Source: Lingula anatina | Taxonomy: Eukaryota; Animalia; Brachiopoda | Reading direction: 5' to 3' | DNA: 64,000 nucleotides | Assembly: GCA_051362555.1 (NCBI GenBank) | Contig: CM120640.1 | Location: forward strand, 21,080,001 to 21,144,000 | In this document: one piece after another, positions 24,822 through 37,040 of the stretch | Numbering within the stretch: position 1 is the first letter of the stretch | Layout: each line of letters starts with the position of its first letter | Translations under genes and position numbers: made by a program | Notes under the pieces: generated by a model | Databases searched by the model: none | Told to the model about the DNA's origin: nothing | Seen by the model: the letters and a program-made list of their open reading frames with translations, nothing else

Positions 24822-27800
24822 ATGACCCCTTTCTTAGTAAAATTTCCTAAAATTAAAAAGGAAAAAAATTGGATGAAAGAATGAAAAGCTGTGACTGGCA
24901 TCTTGCAAATATACCAGTAAGGTAACTTCTTAATGACTTGATTCATCATAGTAGGCAAGCCTCAGCACAAAAGGATAACAGTTCTGATTTCATTAATTTC
25001 CCAGTCATGTTCAACAACCCTGAAAACTGATAAACATGCATTTCTAGGATAAAATCACTTTTCTCTTTACTGTAGAAATGTTTCCCTTACAATATTGGTA
25101 AGCTAATTGCAACTAAGAAGTGACCATTGTAATGAAAATCTTCTGAGATGGTCTATGATGAGGCTGTCTACAGTCTGCAGTATCAGAGAAAAAAAAAAGT
25201 GCCAGAATCTGCATGAAGTGGGGTTAACTTTTTCCCCAACAATTAAGGTTAAAACTCTATCCACTGAGAATGTCATCTAAGATAATAATAAAAAGTGACA
25301 CACAAAAACACTGTTGAATTCATATTGTTGTTCAATAGACTGTGATTTGACAGAACATGTTAAGAGACAACAACCTCGAAAATATCCGTAGATAAATTCT
25401 GTCTGTGACTGTCAGCTTATATTTGTTGCCACAGTGCAGTAGGTAATCTGCCATTCCTCCAAATACCATGAGAGTCGTGAGATTTTGTGCTATCTCAAAT
25501 GATCCCTGTTGTCTAAATGGTGCCCTCAACATCAAAGTTTGCTGATATTGTCAACAGTGAAGAATATTATTAAAATGGATCTATTTCTAAGATCTGCAAT
25601 TTTTATCAAAAAAACTTACATATAATGAAACTTCTAGTTGTTCCTCAAAGCCATTGTTATAAAGACTAGACTTATGAACTGTATTGCCTTGTGCACTCTG
25701 TGGCCTTATAAAGAGCTCAATAAAATCATGGTATAATTAACCTTTCACACAAAGTCTTAAAGACAGCATCTGTATCTTCGGTTGATCCTGAAAATCTTTC
25801 TCGTCCCACGCTTATGAACTGTATGATTTAATGAAAATCCCAATAAAATCATGGCATAATTAACCTTTCATGTGTAGACTTAAAAGCTTTATAGGTTTAC
25901 AGTAAACAGATTCCCTTTTTGCTCGTAAGCTATAAATCATACCACGACAATGCAAAATCCCCCTCCCCCCTCAAGACACACACTTACAAGCACAAGCACT
26001 GCTCTCTGTTCTCAGCATGGAATAGAAAGAGAGAGTGAAACATCCACATCTCAATCTGAACAGACAGACTGCATCATCCTGTTTCCATGACATTTGTTTG
26101 AGATGGAAAAGTTTCTCCACATGCAAATTCTGATAACAGCCAGCCCTGATAACAACCAGTCTCTTACCGGCACTCACTGACTGCACTTTAATGTTTGTTT
26201 CACCTTCACCTTCTACAATAAACCATGGTCCTTTAAAATACAAAAGACCCACTCATGCAAAAAATGACTAAAACTTCTTTTATGCTTTATTCAAACAGTA
26301 CTTCTATTATGTTTTTACAAATCATGAACTCGATCAATAACTATTGAACAACCTGGGTGATTGACATCATCTTTATTTGGTGTTTTACTAACAATTAACA
26401 AATTTAATTTAAGACATTCATATAAGAATATAAGTTGGACCACGCCTATGTCTTTTTTGGAAAAGGAACACATTATATGATATAGAATACCTTTAGGGTC
26501 TAAAATGCTTTCTTACTTGAGGTCAGCTATTCAATATTGTTTAATATGCAAAATCTTATTGATAAATTGCAATGCAATTAAAAATTCAAGTTGCCATTCA
26601 ACAGTTAATATGAAAGATGTTCAAGAAAAAAATTGTGCCATGATGAAATATATACAATTATGATTAAATGTTTTTTTTTATATTTTATTGCTTAAAACAC
26701 TCTTCATAATTTATGCTGCTTTTACATTAAATGGGTAAGGGCTTTCCTTTTGATTTGCTTGCTAGTTTTAGTCATTTTTCCACAAGCAAAACACTTGAAA
26801 TTACCCTTTATTTTACAAAATGAACAAAAATTAAATTAAATGATAGAAAGTCAGGTTTGTTATTAGAAGAAAGAACTGTATGACATGCCATCTTACTGTC
26901 TAGGCCCGATTAAAGATTTCCATTAAATTTGACAGTATATCCGACATTTGCACATTGAGCAAGACAACTATTTGTCCATGCAAAACAACTCCACAATAAT
27001 ATAAAAAACGTAATGACAAAAATTCATATCTCCTTAGGATCAAAACTGGATTATGTCATAAGCACAAAGTGTATAAAGAAAAGTCATATTTTCCTGTATC
27101 AGGGCATGTATGTTATAAAATTAAAGCAGTCAAAAATTACATAATTCTACATTGGACTCATTAACTGCATCATCTTAAATCTATTGATCAAATATACTAC
27201 CAGTACAATCTCAGCTCTACACACACTATGGGAACAATTATTGCAGTTATTCCTATGTGTCCCACACCAAAATGATTAAACCAAGTTTCCAACATTGACT
27301 TGGCCAAAGTGCACAGATTTAAGAGGGACAGTAGTGAGTACAAACAAATAGAATCAGTATCTATCGGAGGTTTCTGACATAACACAGTTACATATCACAA
27401 AACGCTCTTTCTCAATTTCACTCTTCCATGGAGGAAATTTCCATCACAGCATCTTTATCTCAAATGCTTACAGATAAGGTATAACTTGATGGGAAAATCT
27501 GCATCAGTCTGATATTTGCTCAGTCTGAGTGTCAGCTGACTTCTTTATACAACATGTACATGAAACATCTCTGCTATCAATTGTGTATATGCAGTAGTTC
27601 TTTCTATCATAAGCTACTGCTCATAACTGCTTCATGTTTATATAAAAATGTGCCTTTGTTTTTGTTACTTTTGAATCACCCTAACTGTAGCGCCCCCCCC
27701 CCCCCCCCCCCACTTCAATTAACCTAACATGTACATGCGCGTGCCTTTTGAACCTATTAAAAACAAAACCCATCAACACAGCCACTCAATGACAACCTGG

Positions 27801-30080
27801 ATCTATACAGCTATCAATATGCTGTACATAAACTTTCCCATTAAAAGCACAGTATTTGTTAAGTTTACTTAACCATGTCAGTGCAAACATTTCAACATAC
27901 ACTTAACTTGAAGTGCACTACATACTAGCATCACTTTCCTTTGCAGCACATGTATACACTGCTGTTATATTCATAAGCCAAAATTTCCATAAAATTTTCA
28001 TTCATAATCCCAAATGAGTGTATTTGTGGTGACAATATGGACATTTACTCTCATAATGAAGATATTTACAACCTTTCCATATTTAACCCGTAGCATACCA
28101 TTATGCTCATACTATAGTATTTAGTGTCACAGATGTTACAAATTACACAAATAAAATGTCTTTTATCTGATCCTGAGTTAACCTTAACTGATACGATATA
28201 TACTCCACTAACATGAACCCTGACTTAACACTGACCTGGATTTAAATGGGTATGACAGCTTTCTCTAATTGAGCACTATACTCTTTCTGCTGTAGGCGAC
28301 AGCTAGCTAGAGCACAGGATGCTATGAGGTGTTTTTTTTAAACCTGCATTATGTTCGATATCTCAGTTAACCCAATTTTGAGGAATCCCATGTTAGGTAA
28401 AGACTATAATGGTGCCTTTACTATAAAAGCTCTCAAAAGTCCCCATATGCCTCAGCTACAACTAGGAATTATGTGCCATTAAATAATGCTATAACTTGTT
28501 TTCTAATGTAGAACACTGAGAGTACATGTGCCTGTGCCATGTTTGGATAATTGTTGGGTACTTCCATGATTTACCAACAAAAATCCAAATTAAAATAAAA
28601 AAAAAAGCACCTGAATATACCTACCACAGTTATGAATCTGGATGTCCTCCACATTGGCATGATTAATGGACTATACAGTGAAACAACCATTTCTGTCACA
28701 GCACTTCCGTACATGAATCAGGAGAATGGAAGAGACTGGCTATTACTGGTTTTAAATAGCTTCTGGCTTTCAAGATCCTAGTTATTATAATATCTTCTGA
28801 GACATGCTAACAATCTGCACCTTGGGCTTTTTAGTCACTGATCACTCACACTAATGACCTTAGCAAACTTCTAGCAAGAAACAAAATGAACTATTCAAAG
28901 ATGAAGTAAATGAAGGTCACTGTGAGAGTTTGTTGCCAATTATTTATCAAATACCTTTTACTAACATCCAATGTTGTAGACTATACTCTTTGGTCTAAAT
29001 TGTACTTTGTTTTCTACATCACGGAAGGTTAACGCCATATTATATAATGAATAACACCGGCTGTTTTCCAGTATTTTAATCCTAAACTAAAAAGTTGTCA
29101 CTGCCATAGTTCGGTTAGTTGTTTGCTAGAGTTATGTTTGTTTGTCTTACATAAGATCATGTTGGTATGAACTTTTGAAAAAAAATAGATTTGAAAATAA
29201 ACCAAATCTGCCAGCAGTCTAGTAAGCATACTGAATGATACAGGTACATATACACCAACTTATTTCAATTCATTGTGTTATTCTTTCAATTTCATTATGC
29301 AGCATGCACTGCCAATGTTTATTTTTTGTTATATTTTCCTTGTCTGCCCTTGTGAGCTAAACACATATGAAACTTATTACTGCAATAAGAACTGGAAATA
29401 CTTTTCATTAAAAAATTAACTATAAGCAATTATATTGAAAAAAAAAGTTATTGTGAGAAACACCCAAACATTCAATTTATTTGAAGCTTTTAAAATATTT
29501 TTTCTCCAATTTTTGCAAGAATTATGTAAAAATTGCACTTCCTTGGTCATTAAAATTTTAAAATACAGTACAGAACATCTAGATATAATTCATTAAATCA
29601 TTTTTATTATCATCTGAGATATTTGGGAAGTGTTCAACTGCCAATGATATTTTCATTGCTTAAGAGAATTTGTAAATACTCACTGATAAATCCATTCCTG
29701 CATTCTGATTCATACAGTATATTTTTCTTAAATGAGACAAACTTTTCAGAATCTCAGAAAATGTGTTAGATATTGCAGGTTCATGGAACTTCTAAGATCT
29801 ATATACTGCAGGACCCGCCAACGTAATTGCCGGTCCAAATATATATATTTTCTTTCTGAGACACAATCACTTAATGGTATTGGGGTTTCTGTTCATTTAA
29901 CTGTTCATTTGCTTAAATTCATTTCAACAATTTATTTTATTAATTCTATCTGCGATCTTCCTACCAAATTGAGTTTTCTGCAAAAAAAAAAAAAATAATA
30001 ATAATAATAAATAAATAAATAAATAAGGCAATTTTCTTCTATCAAAGATCATCCAGTGACCCATCCCTGCACCTGGAATT

Positions 30081-30200
30081 GTAGCATGAAAATTCATGCA
30101 TTAGCACTCCTATTGACGATTCTGATATGTACCGTCTGTGCTAGATATCGTCAATAGTCAATCGTCAATAGGAGTGCTAACGCATGAATTTTCGTGCTAC
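30081..30200. repeat. Hairpin / tiny MITE with ~41 bp arms
   Basis: gtagcatgaaaattcatgcattagcactcctattgacgatt ... aatcgtcaataggagtgctaacgcatgaattttcgtgctac. The right flank reads actg-TA, like a Tc1/mariner end. Confidence 0.75.
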
Positions 30201-30904
30201 TGTAATTGATGTTTTATTCGATTTCTAATCAATTTTTTTAGTTTTAGGATAAATTATTATAACTTTGAAATATTTTCAGACTTGACCAGTATACCACTTA
30301 CTATATCATGCAAAATCTTTTCAACTCTCAAGAACTTAGTAATAGCTGATAATTTATATTCAAGTCAGAAGCTAGAAGTTATTGCTGGTCATTTGGGCCA
30401 ATATGTAAATCATTTAAATGCACAAAATCAAAATTGCCACTTCAAAAATACTTGGTATTTGGGCAGCCAGAAGTGGAAAGTTTCACCATACCCAGAACTT
30501 TCCCACAATCAAAGCAATGACAAATGCGCCAGTATAAATCCTTCCCAATCAGCCTGAACTTGTCTCAGAGTTACTGTAACTTTACATGTACACGGTAAGT
30601 GTAACTGTAAGGCCCAATTTAATCAGTCTACTCCATGTACTTTGACTTGAGCTGGCAAAGTCTGAACTTCTAAAACTGACATGGAAATATGTCTATAGGG
30701 AATAACGCCTTCACTATTTTAAGCTGACAGTTACGGGCACGCCTATATCATGTCTACACATTAACAAAGGTACTGGTGTGGCAAGGCCAAGGTCTCTGAA
30801 GTGCGTTTCCAAGTGCATTAAATTTATTTACAAATATAAATCGCATAACGTTTAAAGCTGTGGAAAATCACATGATAATATATTACATCAGACTCTAAGC
30901 CTAC

Positions 30905-31320
30905 CTTCTTTTGTGTTTCCAGGAATATTCCATCGATCTCCTTTATGCTTTCTTTAACACGCAAACTGCAAGAAGCTAGTCAGTCTAGAACTAATTCAGT
31001 TCATCACGCTTCCGCCTCGATGAAGCAGCACTCGAACTCAACGTACAAAGTCACTCTTAATTTGGTGTATGTTTACTTATGAAGACTCACTCAATTCTGC
31101 TAACTGATTTTCTCAGAAAAGTGTCAACTTATCATGAAAAATTAAAGTGATATTTTGTATGCTACTATAGTTTTATATCTACATTAATCTTTTTAACTTT
31201 TGATTATTAGGTATCGAAACTAATTAACATGTTAGTTTCAGCTCTGTATTAGAAATCTGCTGGTTCGTCGCTGAGTCTTTTTACATTAAGGAACTGCACC
31301 AAATCTACTTTTTCATAGCA
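30905..31320. promoter_or_regulatory. Probable bidirectional promoter and 5' UTRs of PTDSS2 and UBE2M
   Basis: A minus-strand donor AAG|GTAGG at 30905/30904 fits a non-coding first exon for PTDSS2, whose ATG exon begins with an acceptor at 24846 and has an in-frame upstream stop. UBE2M ATG is at 31321. Confidence 0.5.
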
Positions 31321-34300
31321 ATGATCAGGTTATTTTCGCTAAAACAGCAAAAGAAGGATGGTACTGATCCAGGTGCTAAGCCCGGAAGTCAAAAGAAAGC
31401 CTCAGCTGCACAGTTAAGAATAGCAAAAGGTAGAGTGTCACTTGATCATGTTGAATGAGGAAAAATGCCATTTTTAGATATGACAAAATATATCTGATTC
31501 AGTATTTGATTTCATTTTTGGACGACCGTCAAAATGCCCACTATTATGTGTTATTGCTGAAATTGTCACGCCTAAAATTCATTATTGATTAAATGACACG
31601 GGTTTTGATTTTTAGCTACTGTGATAAATACATGATAAATGCTTAAAATACCTATGGATACATAAGCAGATACTGGACGCTGGTTCCTATGAAACCTCAA
31701 TATCCAGATCTTCTTCAAATTTGTCCAGAGACTTTGGGTCATCAAACATGTTTTCTTCTGGTAATATCCAGGTGTCTGGGTTGTATTTAATGTCTTAGTT
31801 ACTCTAGTGATTATCTTTTTCAAACGCTTTTAAATTTGGGGCTGTGGCAAGTTCTTCAGGCAAAGAGTTTCAGAGCCTGGCCTATGAAGGCCAAGGTAGT
31901 TTTGTTGTGCCTTTTTACATGGTCTTGAAACTAGCAGTTTGTATTTATGGCCTCTGGTTATCCCATCTGGGGCAGGTTTCAATATTCCCTTGGATGCCTA
32001 AGTGTCATAGACCTCATGGGTGATTTTATAAGTCTCAATCATATCTCCTCAGATGTGTCCGTGTGCTGGTGCTGCTAGCATAATTCTATTAGCTGTTCTT
32101 CATAGCTCTGGTCATGCAAACAGAAGACATGCTTAGTTGTTCTGCGCTGTACATTCTCAGCTGTGTTTACGTCTTGCTTCTTATAAGGAAACCATATGAC
32201 ATTTCCAAATGTGGTCTTACAAGTGCTGTGTAAGTTGCCTGAAGGAGTGCTTGTCTAGATATTGGTATGCCTTTCTTATGGATCCCATTGTTCTATTGAC
32301 TTTCAAAACTGCACAGCTCAAATGGGCTTCAAATGATAATTTACTGTCAGAGGATCACACTAGTAAGTGTCTTTATCTTTTGATGTCTTGATCAGTGTAT
32401 GGTTATCAGCTGGACCACTCAGCTGGGTAGTACAGTTTTGTTGCCCGTGTATGGTTTCCAGGCATTTTTGATTTGATCCCATGTTATTATTTATCAGTTC
32501 TATTATAACGTTTGTATACAAACATTGAAGATTAAACCCTGATAGAAAAGAGAGAGAGTTTTGTTAATGTCTTCTAGCCACTTAAATGGGAAACTTTTTC
32601 ATCACATAAACTTAGTGTATTATGACCTAAAACAAAGAACAAGACTTTCACTTTTCACAATTCATTGGCTGTGAAACTGTGGGTGTAACAGATTAATACA
32701 CAAGCTGTATTTGTCTTAAAAAATCACCCAGACTTACAAATGAATGGAATTCACATACTGCATTCAAAGTATTTTCTTTCAATTCAGAATGTGAAAAGCA
32801 ATGTTCATTTTTACCATCATTCTAACAGGAAAATGTTTTGTTTTCTTTTGATATATATATTTTTTTTCATTTCACATCCACAGCATGTACATGTATGTAC
32901 TGCTATATGATATAGTTAGGATACATGTAGAATTTTTAGGTTGTTCAGTATATAATTTTTAACATTCATTTTCCAGATATAAATGAATTGAATCTCCCCA
33001 AAACATGTGACATAGATTTTCCAGATCTAGATGACCTGCTCAACTTTAAACTTATCATTTGTCCTGATGAGGTAAGACTTGAGAGCATGTGTAAATTGCA
33101 TTTTATGTACCAGTAATTACTGGGTACATTTACAAAAATTCATTGCAGTGCAACTGAGAGGAAATCCTATATTTTATGCATTTTTAAATATCTTTGATAT
33201 ACCTTAATTTTTTTTTTTTTTGATTCATTAATTAATTGTTTTAATGCTTTATTTAATGCATTAAAAATTATATTTATCTATATTTTATAGTACAGTTCAA
33301 CATTTTTGGATGCTATGATTATTATGAAAGCTTTAATTGCAGTATTTAAAAACAGTGACAAATTGTATGGATATTTTCAAAATCTGAGTTCTTTTCTGAT
33401 TAAAAAATTTGTTTGCTTTATTATTTATGTATAATTTTTTTTATGGTTTTACTGCATACAAATAAATGGCAAAAACAGCATGTTTGATGCATATTGTATT
33501 GATGATTAAGTAATTGAATGTTTTTCTCTCTAGGGATTTTACCGAGGGGGACGCTTTGTTTTTAGTTTCAAAGTAGGACAAGGCTATCCACATGAACCTC
33601 CAAAAGTTAAATGTGAAACAATGGTTTATCATCCTAATATTGATTTAGAAGGAAATGTTTGTCTAAATATCTTAAGGTAGAGTGACTTTTTTGTTTTTCC
33701 ATAAAGTAAATGCTTTCTGTAAAGTAAATGTGATGCATATGTTAGGCTTAATCTGTGTACTGAGGTTTCACATAAGATATACTAATCATCATCATAATAA
33801 TAATACTTGTATATATATAGTGGCAAGAATGGCAGTGTCTTTTGAGAATATTTTCACTGTTTTATTGATTTTTCAGGGAAGATTGGAAGCCAGTTCTGAC
33901 AATAAATTCCATAGTATATGGCTTGCAGTACCTATTCTTGGTAAGAAAAACCTCAGCTTAGTATATTTGGTGAAATCCCAATAACTAGTATAAATTTGTA
34001 TTGCAAATTAAGGATTTTTCATTGTTCATGTTTTGTTTTGGCTTGAAAAGTTGAATAAAAAAATTGAAAGCAAAATCTACTTAAAACGTACCTATAAAGT
34101 ACATAATCATAATCTTAATCATAATCACAATGTCTTAGTTAAGAGTGTCAAGTGTCAATACATCAATCCATACCTATCATTTTGCCTATTATAGGAACCT
34201 AATCCTGAGGATCCACTAAATAAAGATGCAGCAGAAGTCTTACAAAACAACAGACGTTTGTTTGAGCAAAACGTTGCCAAATCAATGCGTGGAGGCTATG

Positions 34301-34335
34301 TAGGATCAACATACTTTGAACGCTGTTTAAAGTAG
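31321..34335 (+). CDS. UBE2M: NEDD8-conjugating enzyme Ubc12
   Basis: Exons 31321-31429, 32977-33071, 33534-33676, 33877-33940, 34195-34335. Reads [12 protein letters not shown]...[17 protein letters not shown], active-site region [23 protein letters not shown]-terminus [16 protein letters not shown]. Confidence 0.97.
31800..32480 (-). mobile_element. Decayed CR1-like LINE fragment (3' end of ORF2) in UBE2M intron 1
   Basis: Minus-strand peptide remnants KVNRTMG, LENVQRR-like, GDMIETYKI and TRGHKYKL occur in the order typical of CR1/L2 ORF2 C-termini; many disruptions. Confidence 0.7.
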
Positions 34336-35850
34336 TACTGCAAGTAAATAACAGACTACAAACCTGGAGATGGTGCTTTTTAAAATCATCAACAGGTTGC
34401 CAAACATGGATGCGAAACATAAAGCCTGTATTGACATTACACTTTTTTATATTTACCTTTTACACCATTACAGTGCTTGTGAATGTTAATGAAAAGTGGA
34501 TATGAGAAGATATCTTCTTCCAGAGTTAACTTGGCATTAAAAGAGGTGTATTGTGGTGCCTGCCTGTCGGACAAAGAAACTCATCACATAATGCCCCTTA
34601 TATTTATTTGTGTATCATATGATGCTGAAATATAGTTTTGGCTGCTTAAGTAGTTATAGAATGGAAAATTAGATTTATGCTTACTTCACTATTTGCTACT
34701 ACAAACTTCAGCTATATCTGGTAAGTAATGATCAAGGAAGTTCCGAGGAGTTTAAAGAACTGTCCGATACTTGAACACAGTACAAGGATGATTCGGCTTT
34801 CATTCGTTGCTACATTAACTCAGTTCCCGTGATTTTAGATTTAGTAAACTGGTGCAATTGTCTAAGCTGTCACCATCTCGAACGTACATTTTTCCTAAAG
34901 GTGTCAGTGAATTTTGTTTGTGATATTTTTTTTTCACTTTATCATCAGTTACGCACCTGGTTTATAATTTCTTAGAATATAACCATATTTTCAAAATTAT
35001 TCAGATTAAGATTAAATCATGGAAGACATTTCATTACAAATAAATGTTTAAAATACCTAAGTTTTTTTTTCATGCAACAATAACAAAACGGGTAATAGTT
35101 TCCTAACAGATGTACATCAACTTCCTTTGAACCCGACAAGGCACTTTTCCAAAACCAGTAGAGAACTCGGCAGCAGAGGACTCGGTTTGCTCGACTGTCC
35201 AAATATTTTAAATGTTTAAAGATGCCTAATAGATGGGACTCTTATTGCCAAGATCGACGTTGGCCAATGGCAGTGTTTTAGCACATTTACTCCTCTATGA
35301 CGGCTACGATTTCAGGTAAAAAATGTATTGTGAGCATTTACGTCTGCTTACCTTTTTCCTTTCTTGTTAATAGGATATATCTGTTGAAAATGATTTTGGA
35401 GTGGAAATTTCCGCGAAAGAAAAAGAGCAAATGAAATTCTTCAGTTTGCGGTTTCGTGTCATTTATTAGCCTAAATTTTGAAACGAATACATTTGCTGAT
35501 CAAGATATTAAATTTAACAAACGCACGGGTGGAAAAATATAGAATCAGGAACATACGAATTGAATGCATGCGTGCAAATAATGATTGGGGTGTAGTAAAT
35601 TGTATAAATATAAGTTTGTTAAAAATGACAACTCTTTAAATCAATATATATTTATACATAAATAAGATGTCGAACACCGGCAACGACATATCTCCAATTC
35701 GCTACGACAATCCGAAATAACAGGACATAAACGGTCATCACAAAGCTTATACCTTATTTGTCCATTAGTCAAGTGACATTGTAAAAATGACAACCCGATT
35801 GAAGTCCACGTAGATGCTGGGAGATTTGCAGCGACTTACAACTCTTGTCT

Positions 35851-37009
35851 TCACTTATGACCATTCACAGTAACGTGCGACAACGGCGGAAAATCTACCG
35901 AATTCGAAGTTGATGTCACTTTTGGCGACGTATTTGAATCGGCTGCAGCTTTTACTGGCTTTGCTTGTTCCTTCTGTTTGCTGTTTTTTGAATTGACGAT
36001 ATCTCCTTTCTTTGGGGTTGTGCCCTTTTTCTTTTCATTTTGGCTTGATCCGGACTTAGTTTTCCGATTTTGATAACGCGTTCGACTCGCAGCTGGAGAC
36101 ATGTCATCTTCCTAAATGTAGAAAATAATGTTGAATGAGTTTAAAAGCGTCTTATAACTTGACGAAAATTGTTTTAAGTTAAAGAAATTGGATGACAATC
36201 TGTTTATCACTTAAACGCGTCTCTTCAGACCGACCATTTAGAGCCTCTAACCATGGCGACACTTTCTTTCAGATCAGGAAGGGAATCTTTTTCCGGCACT
36301 GAATAAAAAATTAATTTTAATCTTTTCAATTTTCACACTCAGTGACACCCAATGTACTAGCAGTTTCCTTAATTCCCACAAGCAGTAAAAATTATTTTTT
36401 TCTCACCTGAAGATCGACGTCGCTCTCCGTCTCTCCTTCCTGGTATTCCAGGCTATCATCTGCGATCCCTTCACGCGACGGCTGTAAGAGTAAGACGGTC
36501 ATTAACCTTAACTACTATTTCAAAGATCGCATAAATAAGCTAACACACTTTGAAATTGCATAAATGGGTGCCGTTATTTCTGACTAAAAATCATCAGTTC
36601 TGTTGAGAAATATTGCCAATAACGGCGACTGCACTGCCCATCACTGATTTCTCTTTAGGTAATATAAAGTTGACTACGAACAATACTTCATATATAAACC
36701 GAAATATGTCTTATTTAGCACTAATAAAACAAAAAAAGACCATGTCGATTATAAATACGAAACCTCATAATCGGGATCTTCCTCCGAAACATAGTCATCA
36801 TCATCATAAAAGTCATCATCATCAGAGTATTCCGAGTCGCTTTCGCTTTCGATATCATCATGCTTTCGTTTCCTTTCTGCGTCGTCACTGGCAGAACAGG
36901 GTCTTTGGTCGACTTCTTGAAAATATCCAGAAAAGACAAAAAAAAAACACTGATGTCTTTTTGTAATGTTATGTACACTAATTAAAAAAATGTAAATATA
37001 ATAATACTA

Positions 37010-37040
<31 letters not shown>

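Noticed and set aside
36209-36298. Exon-like segment in the last intron of the perilipin-like gene
   Set aside because: Including it from the CAG acceptor gives an early stop; the flanking exons already join in phase 0.
36721-36978. Met-rich ORF (TLMMMTFMMMMTM) and His-rich antisense ORF
   Set aside because: Alternative frames of the acidic GAT-repeat exon.
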